DNA of 64,000 nt from positions 2,122 to 66,121 of the forward strand of contig JAVYSX010000002.1 of NCBI GenBank assembly GCA_038728965.1. The letters are read 5' to 3'. How positions within the stretch are numbered: position 1 is the stretch's first letter; the number at the start of each line of letters is the position of its first letter. Origin of the DNA: Thermoplasmatales archaeon. Lineage in GTDB: Archaea > Thermoplasmatota > Thermoplasmata > Thermoplasmatales > GCA-001856825. Of the stretch, positions 28,947-37,528 are shown in pieces. The notes beneath the pieces were generated by a model. The model worked only from the letters and a program-made list of their open reading frames with translations. It was not told where the DNA came from and did no database searches. Position numbers and translations under genes: made by a program.

Positions 28947-29252
28947 GTGTTCTGCCCAAAATGCGGTTCGATGATGTTTCCCAAGGATAAAAACTGGGTT
29001 TGCCGTAAATGTGGGTATACCGTACCTATCAAGGACGAAGAAAAGGACGTTATTGTTGAGAAGGCGAAAACAAAGGAGACTATAGTTGTGGACAAGGAGG
29101 AAGTCAATCTCCCTATTGACAAAACTGTCCAATGTCCTAAATGTCACGAGTTTGGCGCCTACTGGGAAGCCATGCAGACAAGGGCTGCAGACGAACCTGA
29201 AACTAGGTTCTATACGTGCATACACTGCGGATACAGATGGAGGGAATACTGA
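28947..29252 (+). CDS. tfs: transcription factor S (RNA polymerase subunit M/TFIIS-like)
   Basis: 101 aa. N-terminal Zn ribbon FCPKCGSMM...CRKCG and C-terminal CPKC...QTRAADEPETRFYTCIHCGYRW with the acidic hairpin. Confidence 0.85.
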   Translation: MFCPKCGSMMFPKDKNWVCRKCGYTVPIKDEEKDVIVEKAKTKETIVVDKEEVNLPIDKTVQCPKCHEFGAYWEAMQTRAADEPETRFYTCIHCGYRWREY

Positions 29253-29254
29253 AA

Positions 29255-29647
29255 TTATCCAAATCCGATTACGTCTTTCTTTTTTATGGTGGGCACAGGT
29301 ATCGGAGGCGGGAGCCTGAGATCCCGCGCGACTAGTATAGTCTCAGTGATGCAGGTCGAGAAGATCGCGGCCTGTATCTCTGATGCAACAGGGTCCGGCA
29401 GTACTCTATCCTTTTTCCATTTCATCTCTATTTCCACGTCTCCTGAGTATAGGAGAGAACCCTCTATGCTTATCATCCCCAGGGTTGAAAATGAAGAAGT
29501 GAACTTGTATATTACCCTAAGATATTCACCTTCTACCCTAACATCGACTATGGTTAAATTTTGATCTATTCTAATCTCCTGGGGCTTCGAGTCAATCGGC
29601 ATAATTCTCTTGCCCTCTATTGATGTTATCTCCAGATCCTTTATCAC
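29255..29647 (-). CDS. hypothetical protein with a SecB-like sequence layout (tentative)
   Basis: 130 aa. Its stop is 2 nt from the convergent tfs stop. The C-terminus IQAAIFSTCITETILVARDLRLPPPIPVPTI resembles the SecB LFPYARE.I......G.FP...L.P.NF segment. Confidence 0.45.
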   Translation of the reverse strand: MIKDLEITSIEGKRIMPIDSKPQEIRIDQNLTIVDVRVEGEYLRVIYKFTSSFSTLGMISIEGSLLYSGDVEIEMKWKKDRVLPDPVASEIQAAIFSTCITETILVARDLRLPPPIPVPTIKKKDVIGFG

Positions 29648-29725
29648 GCATCTTCAATGCGATTTTCTTTAATTGTTTTTCCCGAGATAATTTAAGGTGG
29701 ATATTGCAGAACTTGAGAACTAACG

Positions 29726-30475
29726 CTAAATTTTCGAAGCCATATAGGTAGCGTAAAAATCAGGAAAAGTTTCGTACCTAACGGGGTCGATCTCTCCAGC
29801 CTCCATAAATCCCTTCAGTCTCAATTTGCAGGAATCGCACCTTCCGCAGGCAACATCTCCGCCCCGGTAGCAAGACCAGGTCAGCTCTAAGGGTACATTG
29901 AGCTCTTTTGCCAGCTTTACAATCTCTCCCTTTGTGTAACTAAGTAGCGGGGCTTCAACCTCAATGCTGCCCCCTTCAACCGTTCTCTTTGTTGCGAACC
30001 TGAATAAATTGTTCATTGCATCGAAATATTCGGGTCTACAATCTGGGTAACCTGAGTAATCGAGATGGTTTGCACCTATGAATATCTTCGAGGCATTAAC
30101 AACTTCTGCATATGCGAGTGCGACAGATAGAAGGATCGTATTCCTTGCCGGAACGTATGTTACCGGTATCTCAGTTCCTATATCTTTCAGGGGCACATCT
30201 GGAATAGGTAAACTGTCAGTAAGGGCGCTACCCCCTATAGTCTTCAAATCTATCTTGAATATTCTGTGCTGAACAGTGTAGTGAGAAGCAACATTCTTTG
30301 CCGATTTCAGTTCCCTTGAATGTCTCTGCCCATAATCAAACGTTAGCGCCGTAACATCGTATCCCTTTGATAAAACCAATGCTAGGAGGGTCGTGCTGTC
30401 AAGACCACCAGATAGAAGGCTTATGGCCTTAATTCCTCTTCCAGGCTGATTTTGCATATTGACCAGGCCCCTCAT
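29726..30475 (-). CDS. queC: 7-cyano-7-deazaguanine (preQ0) synthase
   Basis: PP-loop LLSGGLDSTT and a C-terminal Zn cluster CYRG...CGRCDSC. An alternative ATG lies at 30457. Confidence 0.9.
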   Translation of the reverse strand: MRGLVNMQNQPGRGIKAISLLSGGLDSTTLLALVLSKGYDVTALTFDYGQRHSRELKSAKNVASHYTVQHRIFKIDLKTIGGSALTDSLPIPDVPLKDIGTEIPVTYVPARNTILLSVALAYAEVVNASKIFIGANHLDYSGYPDCRPEYFDAMNNLFRFATKRTVEGGSIEVEAPLLSYTKGEIVKLAKELNVPLELTWSCYRGGDVACGRCDSCKLRLKGFMEAGEIDPVRYETFPDFYATYMASKI

Positions 30476-30899
30476 GAACCTCTATTTCTACTTCATTCAC
30501 TCTCTCGTCTACCGAGGAGACGAAGGATTGTATAAGATAGCCGCTGAGACATTCGGCAGTTGTGTCCTTAACCGGTATTATCCTGCACTCCTCAGAAGGG
30601 AAGCTATATGTCTTTCCATCCATTGTGATATTCTTATTATTTCCATTTGTGGAGATGATGATTCCCGGGTGGAGCTGAGGGATCAGAACCATATGGTCTA
30701 GGTAATCTGCGATCTCCCTCAGCTTGGCCTTAGCCTTCGAGAAATCCATAAAGTAGGATTCATCCCCCATATCGCCTTTAATTCTTACGGATATCGAATA
30801 GTCATGGCCGTGAATTCTCGAACACTTCCAGTCTCCGGGGATGAAATGCGCCGCAGAAAACCTAATGTTCGAGTAGTTTCCATCTATGTATATCTCCAC
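30429..30899 (-). CDS. queD: 6-carboxy-5,6,7,8-tetrahydropterin synthase (PTPS-like)
   Basis: 156 aa with FSAAHFIPGDWKCSRIHGHDY (Cys plus His Zn ligands). The GTG start is preceded by a GAGGT Shine-Dalgarno 4 nt upstream. Confidence 0.85.
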   Translation of the reverse strand: MEIYIDGNYSNIRFSAAHFIPGDWKCSRIHGHDYSISVRIKGDMGDESYFMDFSKAKAKLREIADYLDHMVLIPQLHPGIIISTNGNNKNITMDGKTYSFPSEECRIIPVKDTTAECLSGYLIQSFVSSVDERVNEVEIEVHEGPGQYAKSAWKRN

Positions 30900-30941
30900 G
30901 TTACCTCATTCATAATTTATGCAAAAATCCTTTGATGCGAA

Positions 30942-32600
30942 TCAAGACCGGTTACTTTTTCTTTCTATAAATTCAGGTTCAGATGAATCGCCGACAGGCG
31001 GAATTAGTAGCACATCGGAGCCTTCAGGAATCTTCCCCAGTAAAGAGGGAAATGTCGCAAATACTAGGTCTCCGTAGGTCGCAAGCTTCTCCTCCATTCT
31101 CTTCGGCGATTCAATATCTGAATATTCACATTCTACCGGCCTGACCAACCCGTCTTTCCTTATCATGAGATCTGGTCTCTTCCCTTTATATTCTATTCCC
31201 TCCGTCACGTCGTATCTGCGATTTTTGAAGAAAATATAAGCTCTAGTTATTAGATACCTGTGGAAAAAGGATTCATTGCCCTTCCTCCCCCTCAGTCCCA
31301 TCTTTTTAAAGTAGTCCTCACTCATCACGACCTTTCCGTTGATTACGAATGCCAGGCCCTTGGAAACTAGCTGTGAGACGTATGCAGACTCCATCTTATC
31401 TATTTGAATTTCCAAACAATCTTGAGGATCGTCGTCAAAATCGTAAAAATCCTCCGTTACATGAAAATCTCTCGCCGGGTTCATAGCTTTTAGGGTCCCT
31501 GAAAAAAAAGCCTCGTCACTTGGAACGTAACAGACAAACGAATGGAAGTCTCGCGGCTTAGTTATGCTCTCCTTAATATGTAAAATTTTCCTATCTTCTT
31601 CTGATGTCTGGAACAGGAAGAAATTGTGGACATTTGTTCTTATGGAGCTTGTCAAGTTGGGAGGAAGTGAGCTTAATGACTGAGTAGCCATAGCTGACCA
31701 GAGGGAAAATTTCCTTCCCTCGGATACGATCCTTACTAGTATGGAAGGGGATAGGGTCTGCAGCTCGTCCATTACAACAACCACGTTCCTCATCCTTTTC
31801 AGGATTACGTTGATCCATATCTTGTACAGGAGCATTATTGAAAAAGATCTGACGAGAGATTGTGCAGAATGTTCGCCAGAAAGGTCAAAATAAACAGTAC
31901 CTGAGAGTTTTGAGATATCAAAATAATCCCTCCTGGATGAGAAAAGGTTTTTCGAGGTGACCTCTGACAGCAGCGGAAGAATTTTGTTAACCGTGGAAGA
32001 AATGAAATCATAGCCCATGTTGAAGATCGAGTACAACTGTTTTTTCTCCTCAGGCTCCAGCGAACTCATGAAATCCCTCCTCTTGTAAAAGTCTAGAAGG
32101 ATGTCTGCGATGTCCTGCAGCGACGGTTCTATCCTGTATTTAAAGAGGAGCCTGGGTACGATCGTGAAGATGAGTTCGACCCTAGGACCCCATGTACCGA
32201 TAGAAAAGGCATCTTCTGTTGAAAATATATCCTTTAAATTGCGAATGACAAGATCCTCGATTATTAACCTTTCAGTCTCGTTCTGATATGGCAGAACAGC
32301 CATCATATTAAACCTAAGGTACCCTGTTTTCCTCCCAATAAATGGGGAAATCGTGACTATCTTTGCTTTTTCCCCTGAAAATTTCCAGAGTTCACCGTGA
32401 GGATCTAGAACAATGACTGTCATACCTAGGTTCTCGTAAGCGTTGATGAGTGATGCAAGAAGCCTTGATTTGCCGGTGCCTGTCTTACCGAGAACGAGCG
32501 AATGTGCGCTCAGAAATTCATCCGGGATAGCTATCCTCTTACCTGTGAGAGGCATGAGGATACCGCTTTCATAGGGCCAGTAATCGATCATCTGAACCAC
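30942..32600 (-). CDS. HerA/FtsK-superfamily P-loop ATPase fused to a C-terminal CoiA-like PD-(D/E)xK nuclease-type domain
   Basis: Walker A LGKTGTGKS (aa 37-45) is followed by VIVLDPHGE, then Walker B VVVVMDELQ (aa 273-281) and SEGRKFS. The C-terminus reads NESFFHRYL...VTEGIEYKGKRPDLMIRKDGLVRPVECEYSDI (aa 441-496). There is no N-terminal HAS barrel. Confidence 0.75.
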   Translation of the reverse strand: MVQMIDYWPYESGILMPLTGKRIAIPDEFLSAHSLVLGKTGTGKSRLLASLINAYENLGMTVIVLDPHGELWKFSGEKAKIVTISPFIGRKTGYLRFNMMAVLPYQNETERLIIEDLVIRNLKDIFSTEDAFSIGTWGPRVELIFTIVPRLLFKYRIEPSLQDIADILLDFYKRRDFMSSLEPEEKKQLYSIFNMGYDFISSTVNKILPLLSEVTSKNLFSSRRDYFDISKLSGTVYFDLSGEHSAQSLVRSFSIMLLYKIWINVILKRMRNVVVVMDELQTLSPSILVRIVSEGRKFSLWSAMATQSLSSLPPNLTSSIRTNVHNFFLFQTSEEDRKILHIKESITKPRDFHSFVCYVPSDEAFFSGTLKAMNPARDFHVTEDFYDFDDDPQDCLEIQIDKMESAYVSQLVSKGLAFVINGKVVMSEDYFKKMGLRGRKGNESFFHRYLITRAYIFFKNRRYDVTEGIEYKGKRPDLMIRKDGLVRPVECEYSDIESPKRMEEKLATYGDLVFATFPSLLGKIPEGSDVLLIPPVGDSSEPEFIERKSNRS

Positions 32601-33126
32601 CGTTTATAAGTGTTGATATTTCAGGATCAGTCAGTATCATAGGGTGTCCTTTTGCAAATGTAATCGATTGTCTGCCACTTGACGATGTATACCTCCTTAA
32701 CAGGATTGGGGTAAATATCTTGACCAGATACATAGGTCTGTTGGTTTTGAATCCCAGAGTTTTTTTCTTCCATGGGTTTAAAGTCCTGTAGCTCTCAGTC
32801 TTGACGAATATTCTTTCCCCGGTATTGAGACCTAGGACCGTCTCCAAGATGAACGGAAAGGCAACGAATAGGGCATACCTAGGTTTGTTTGAGAGGAATA
32901 CATTTTCACTCCATCTGAACTCGTAATAAATCCGCTCAACCCTGTTACCCAATATTTCTGAAAGCAACCTTGCAACATCATTGCCAATCTCCCCGTCAAA
33001 GAATGTTATGGACACCGTGTTACTCTTGGCAATCGACATCTCTATTTCTCGACCGACGAGAAGTAGGTTCAGTACTTCCCTGAGGTTGGTTGTATCAGTT
33101 ATGAACGTGCGCCAGCAAAGAGACAT
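32569..33126 (-). CDS. hypothetical protein, middle gene of the ATPase operon
   Basis: 185 aa counted from the ATG at 33126 (the track uses a TTG at 33144). That ATG overlaps the upstream ORF stop (TGATG), and the 3' end overlaps the ATPase start by 23-32 nt. No motif recognised. Confidence 0.55.
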   Translation of the reverse strand: MSLCWRTFITDTTNLREVLNLLLVGREIEMSIAKSNTVSITFFDGEIGNDVARLLSEILGNRVERIYYEFRWSENVFLSNKPRYALFVAFPFILETVLGLNTGERIFVKTESYRTLNPWKKKTLGFKTNRPMYLVKIFTPILLRRYTSSSGRQSITFAKGHPMILTDPEISTLINGGSDDRLLAL

Positions 33127-33263
33127 CAGGATCCTTCCTCGCAAAACAGATTCAAATATTTCTCCATTAGGCTCTCACTACCCCCACACTCAGCCCAAAA
33201 AAAGGTTCCGAATTTTCGAAACGGGCTAAAATAATAAAATTCTTTCAGAATTTTCTTTTCCAT
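33126..33263 (-). CDS. small ORF (45 aa), first gene of the ATPase operon (tentative)
   Basis: The ATG at 33263 is preceded by GGAGGG 6 nt upstream, giving MEKKILKEFYYFSPFRKFGTFFWAECGGSESLMEKYLNLFCEEGS. Its stop overlaps the next start. The track lists a longer TTG-initiated 74-aa version. Confidence 0.35.
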   Translation of the reverse strand: MEKKILKEFYYFSPFRKFGTFFWAECGGSESLMEKYLNLFCEEGS

Positions 33264-33506
33264 AGTGGTCCCTCCTACCCATTTTCGCTTTAGGAACGCT
33301 TGGGTATAAGACAAAGTACTCCTATAACCGGCATCACGCACGGTTTTCAACTGTAAATGCTGAATAATCCACGAAAACGGGCTATTCCAAATAGTTTAAC
33401 CCTCTATATAAATGTTTTCATGAATAACGGTTCCACGGTCCAGGTATGGGGTGAGAGAAATCGTCAAAAGGTTAATATCAAAATAAATAAAAATATAAAA
33501 TAGAAT

Positions 33507-33776
33507 TTACTTGTATTTAATTTTTGAAGATGCGCTGAAGTGCACTTTGTTCTTTGCCGGGACTTTTATTATCTGCTTTGTTCTTGGGTTCTTTGCGTTC
33601 CTCGCCTTTGTCATCTTTCTCGAAAATATTCCGAATCCAGCTATCCTCACCTTTTGGCCTTTGTTGATATTGGTCACGATTGTCTTGAAGGTTTCCCTGA
33701 TTACTGATTCAGCGCTTCTGACAGATACGCCAGAACTTTTTGCAACATCCCTGGCGATCTCGTTTATTCCGACCAT
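33507..33776 (-). CDS. hup: HU-family DNA-binding protein (HTa-like archaeal chromatin protein)
   Basis: 89 aa reading MVGINEIARDVAK...GQKVRIAGFGIFSRK..ARNAKNPRTKQIIKVPAKNKVHFSASSKIKY. This closely parallels the HU fold and Thermoplasma HTa. Confidence 0.9.
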   Translation of the reverse strand: MVGINEIARDVAKSSGVSVRSAESVIRETFKTIVTNINKGQKVRIAGFGIFSRKMTKARNAKNPRTKQIIKVPAKNKVHFSASSKIKYK

Positions 33777-33883
33777 ATTAAGAATATATTTATTTAATAT
33801 ATAAAGTTAACTCTATTTTTAGGAATGTGGAGGCAATGAGGATTCCTTATTATATTCAAAATACGATATAGAAGGTACGATAT

Positions 33884-34345
33884 TTAATTACCCAGGGACG
33901 GAACTACAAACGAAAGGTCTCCATTGCTTATCTTCTTGTGTGTTTCCATAATGCAAATTCCGTAAACAATATTCAGGTCCAGTTTAATCGCGATGTCTAT
34001 TACCTCTTTGCTTTCTGCCCCGAGTTGTAACCAGACAGCTTTTGGGGAAAGTTTAACCGCTTCCTTGACAACCTCCTTCGATGCCTCGGGGTTCCTGAAA
34101 ACGTCAACAATATCTATCTTGATACTTTTCGGTATATCGAGGATGGACGGATAAGACATTCTGCCGTATATTTTATTTACTGTTGGATTCACGGGAATGA
34201 CATTGTATCCCTTGTCTATGAGGTATTTGCCGACCTTGTTTGAGTCCCTCTCGGTATTCGGTGACATTCCGACAACAGCAATGTTCCTGCTCTCGTCTAG
34301 AAGCTTTCTTATGTCCTTTGGGTCGTTGATTATCATAATAAACAA
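33884..34345 (-). CDS. CoA-binding domain protein (YccU-like)
   Basis: 153 aa with IAVVGMSPN..R.SN.V..YL...GY.VIPVNP and a Rossmann-like CoA_binding_2 layout. Confidence 0.75.
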   Translation of the reverse strand: MFIMIINDPKDIRKLLDESRNIAVVGMSPNTERDSNKVGKYLIDKGYNVIPVNPTVNKIYGRMSYPSILDIPKSIKIDIVDVFRNPEASKEVVKEAVKLSPKAVWLQLGAESKEVIDIAIKLDLNIVYGICIMETHKKISNGDLSFVVPSLGN

Positions 34346-34348
34346 TGC

Positions 34349-35245
34349 CTAAAAAAGGAATAAATTTTTTCCTTCACTCAAAATTTCAGAGATCAATTTT
34401 CTAGCCTCATGAAGGTCTATAGGTGGTGAGAATGATATTGTCACAATGTTGTTGTCAATAGATGCTTGAAACATGGCTGGTCCGTAGGGTTGTTTAAACG
34501 CAAGGAGACCTCCGATATCGTAGAATGCATCGTAGAAGTTCCCATCCCTCCTCAGATTATAATAATTGCTTTTACCGGGAAAATCTTTCCTTGAAAAATC
34601 TATCCAGATTGTCCTACGCGTAAAATCTTCGCTAAATATTGAAATTCTCTGAACAATATTACCTCCCTCCGTAAGTGTTCCTACCGAGTCTGGTTTGAAT
34701 CTATCCCACCCCGCAGGCTCGGTAAGCGGAGTCCAGCTAAGGGACGCAATCCTTCGTTCTTCAAACCAGTCCGGTTTTCCCCCGCGCGCAAAGAACGACC
34801 TGTTGCAAAAACGGAGGTTTTTAAACCCATCCATTTTCATAACAGGTACCAAAGTTTTGCTCACCTCCTCCACTAATTTTCTGCTTTCCCCTTCGATCTC
34901 CACCTCCGTACCCAGGACGAAGGAGGAAGAGGCGTGCATATCTTTATAATCCTTTCCCACGAAGTAAACATACCCGCGCCCCGCTGCAGTTTCAACCCTG
35001 GTATACGTAGAGACAAAGGAGTTCATTAAATTCTTAGGGAACCCCTGATAGAACCAATCGAGGAAGAACTCCTTAACCCTTGCTTTTCCAGAATCAGTAG
35101 CTAGCTCAAAGCGAATAGTACTCCATTTCGTTCCCTCTGGTCTTAGCGTTGCATTGAAAATTTCACAACACGAAGGTTTGAATATCAGGAACGGCAGGGA
35201 TACCTGAACCGACTCAAGTCCCTCTACTTCCAGATACCTCTCCAT
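34349..35245 (-). CDS. hypothetical protein
   Basis: 298 aa soluble ORF, 3 nt upstream of the CoA-binding gene (probable operon). No motif recognised. Confidence 0.5.
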   Translation of the reverse strand: MERYLEVEGLESVQVSLPFLIFKPSCCEIFNATLRPEGTKWSTIRFELATDSGKARVKEFFLDWFYQGFPKNLMNSFVSTYTRVETAAGRGYVYFVGKDYKDMHASSSFVLGTEVEIEGESRKLVEEVSKTLVPVMKMDGFKNLRFCNRSFFARGGKPDWFEERRIASLSWTPLTEPAGWDRFKPDSVGTLTEGGNIVQRISIFSEDFTRRTIWIDFSRKDFPGKSNYYNLRRDGNFYDAFYDIGGLLAFKQPYGPAMFQASIDNNIVTISFSPPIDLHEARKLISEILSEGKNLFLF

Positions 35246-35292
35246 TTATTGGAAAGGTTACATCATCTATAAAAATATTCTCCGTTCTGTAT

Positions 35293-36228
35293 CTAGGTGG
35301 GATTGAGATTTCTTATCATATCTTCGACCGTTTCCCTTAAGTTGTACCTGGGCCTGAAACCCCACTCAGCAACAGCTGCTGACACATCCAGTGATTGCGG
35401 CCAGGAGTCCGCAATTTTTTGTCTGAAATCTGGTTCGTATTCAACCTCAAATTCCGGGTAGTGAAGCTTCAATTCTTTTTCGAGTTCTGCAGGGGTAATG
35501 GAGAAGGAGGTCACGTTAAAGTCCGTTCTGTGTTTCAATCTTGAGGCATCCGCTTCCGCAAGCTTTACCATAGACTCTAAAGCATCTGGCATGTACATCA
35601 TAGGAAGTTTAGTGTCTTTCCTGAGGAAACACTTGTATCTTCTCCCTTTCACGGATTCGATGATCATCTCTATGGAATAATCAGTTGTCCCACCTCCAGG
35701 TGGCGCTTTATAACTTATGAGTCCTGGGAAACGTAGACCCCTAGCATCTAGCCCGAATCTTTCATAATAGTATTGGCCAATCCTTTCAGCAAAGAGCTTT
35801 GAGATACCATAAATCGTAGACGGCCTTGTTATCGTTTCAATCTGAACGTTCTCCTTAGGAGTTTCTGGGCCGAACACCCCTATCGAGCTTGGGGTCAGGA
35901 CAAGCCCAACTTTGTGCTTTAGCGCCAATCTGAATATGTTGTACGTTCCCACAATATTAACTCTGTACGCCAGGTCAGGGTCCTTCTCACCCGATGCAGA
36001 GAGTATGGCAGCGAGATGGAATACTGTATCAACATTATATTTGTCCAGTGCAAGATCCAGGGCATCGCTATCTGTAACATCTAAATTAATGAAGGCAACA
36101 TCAGCTTTTGTCCCTCTGATGTCAGAGGAAATCACCCTTTCCCTTCCAAAAATGTTGGATAGGTATGGAACCAGCTCAGCTCCGATCTGACCCTTGGCAC
36201 CCGTGACAAGGATTTTTTCAAATGTCAT
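35293..36228 (-). CDS. tdh: L-threonine 3-dehydrogenase, UDP-galactose-4-epimerase-like (extended SDR) type
   Basis: ILVTGAKGQIGAEL (a GxxGxxG motif) and YGISK (a YxxxK motif). Divergent from kbl. This SDR-type TDH is characterised in Thermoplasma volcanium. The track start is a GTG at 36267, but the ATG at 36228 fits homologues. Confidence 0.75.
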   Translation of the reverse strand: MTFEKILVTGAKGQIGAELVPYLSNIFGRERVISSDIRGTKADVAFINLDVTDSDALDLALDKYNVDTVFHLAAILSASGEKDPDLAYRVNIVGTYNIFRLALKHKVGLVLTPSSIGVFGPETPKENVQIETITRPSTIYGISKLFAERIGQYYYERFGLDARGLRFPGLISYKAPPGGGTTDYSIEMIIESVKGRRYKCFLRKDTKLPMMYMPDALESMVKLAEADASRLKHRTDFNVTSFSITPAELEKELKLHYPEFEVEYEPDFRQKIADSWPQSLDVSAAVAEWGFRPRYNLRETVEDMIRNLNPT

Positions 36229-36339
36229 CCTGGATGAAGCCGCAATGCCATAAAAAATATTTCGCACTGATCAAGATCCTGGGTCCCGATCGACCGGCCG
36301 CTTAGATAAAATATATCACCGCTTAACACATGGCAGTTC

Positions 36340-37518
36340 ATGTCACGGATAGGATGGGTCAAGGAAGAGATCAGAACAATGAAGGAATCCGGAAGGTATG
36401 TTCCAATTAGGACAATTCAGTCACCTCAGGGAGCTTGGGTGAAAATTGAAGGTAGGAAGCTTTTGAACCTGTGCTCAAACAATTACCTCGGACTGGCGAA
36501 TAACGCGGAGGTAAAGAAGGCTATGCATGATGCGATTGATACGTACGGCGTTGGTGCGGGGGCAGTAAGGAGCATAGCGGGAACAATGGAAATACACATA
36601 GAACTGGAGGAGAAAGTTGCAAAATTCAAGCACATGGAAGATTCTATTGTATATCAGGGCGGTCTTCTTGCTAATTTAGGTACCATTCCAGCCCTAGTTG
36701 GAAAGGACGATCTCGTTTTCAGCGAGGAGTTAAACCATGCGAGTATCATTGATGGCGTAAGGCTCAGCTCGGCGAGAAGGATCGTTTTCTCTCATCTTTC
36801 AGTGAAAGATCTTGAGGAAAAACTGAAAAGTGAAAGAAAGAGTGGAAAGAGAGCATTGATTGTGACGGACGGGGTATTCAGCATGGACGGAGACATCGCG
36901 CCCTTAAAGGAGGAAACAGAACTGGCTGAGAGGTATGATGCAGTGATGTATGTCGATGATGCACACGGTGAGGGTGTTCTGGGGGATCACGGAAGAGGGA
37001 TAGTTGACCATTTCAAACTAGCAGGAATAGTGGATGTGGAGATGGGTACATTCTCAAAGGCAGTTGGCGTTATGGGGGGATTCGTTGCAGGTTCTGCAGA
37101 CCTCATAGACTATCTCAAGCAGAGGGCGCGTCCGTTCCTTTTCAGTTCGGCCCTCAACCCTGGAGAAGCTGCTGCTATAATGAAGAGCCTTGAGATTATG
37201 GAAAGGGACGACTCCCTACTCAGGAAACTATGGAACAATTCTGACTTTCTTAAGGAGAAGTTAAAGAACCTTGGTTTCAACACAGGTAACAGCAAGACGC
37301 CAATTACCCCCGTGATAATTGGAGGGGAGAGGGAGACTGTAGATTTCAGCAAGCAGCTCTATGAGGGCGGGGTCTTTGCCTCACCGATAGTTTATCCAAC
37401 GGTTCCGAAGGGAACAGCTAGAATTAGGCTTATGCCTTCAGCAGTTCACTCAAGGGAGGACCTTAAGTATGCCGGGGATAAGTTTGAAGAAATAGGGCGA
37501 AGAATGAAGCTCATATGA
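36340..37518 (+). CDS. kbl: 2-amino-3-ketobutyrate CoA ligase (glycine C-acetyltransferase)
   Basis: 392 aa alpha-oxoamine synthase with NNYLGL, DDAHGEG and GTFSKA (PLP lysine). Confidence 0.9.
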   Translation: MSRIGWVKEEIRTMKESGRYVPIRTIQSPQGAWVKIEGRKLLNLCSNNYLGLANNAEVKKAMHDAIDTYGVGAGAVRSIAGTMEIHIELEEKVAKFKHMEDSIVYQGGLLANLGTIPALVGKDDLVFSEELNHASIIDGVRLSSARRIVFSHLSVKDLEEKLKSERKSGKRALIVTDGVFSMDGDIAPLKEETELAERYDAVMYVDDAHGEGVLGDHGRGIVDHFKLAGIVDVEMGTFSKAVGVMGGFVAGSADLIDYLKQRARPFLFSSALNPGEAAAIMKSLEIMERDDSLLRKLWNNSDFLKEKLKNLGFNTGNSKTPITPVIIGGERETVDFSKQLYEGGVFASPIVYPTVPKGTARIRLMPSAVHSREDLKYAGDKFEEIGRRMKLI

Positions 37519-37528
37519 GGTGTGCCCA

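Noticed and set aside
33126-33350. The 74-aa TTG-initiated version of the small ORF upstream of the ATPase operon
   Set aside because: The N-terminal 29 codons lack an RBS and start at TTG, whereas the internal ATG at 33263 has a GGAGGG 6 nt upstream. I keep only the 45-aa version, and even that at low confidence.
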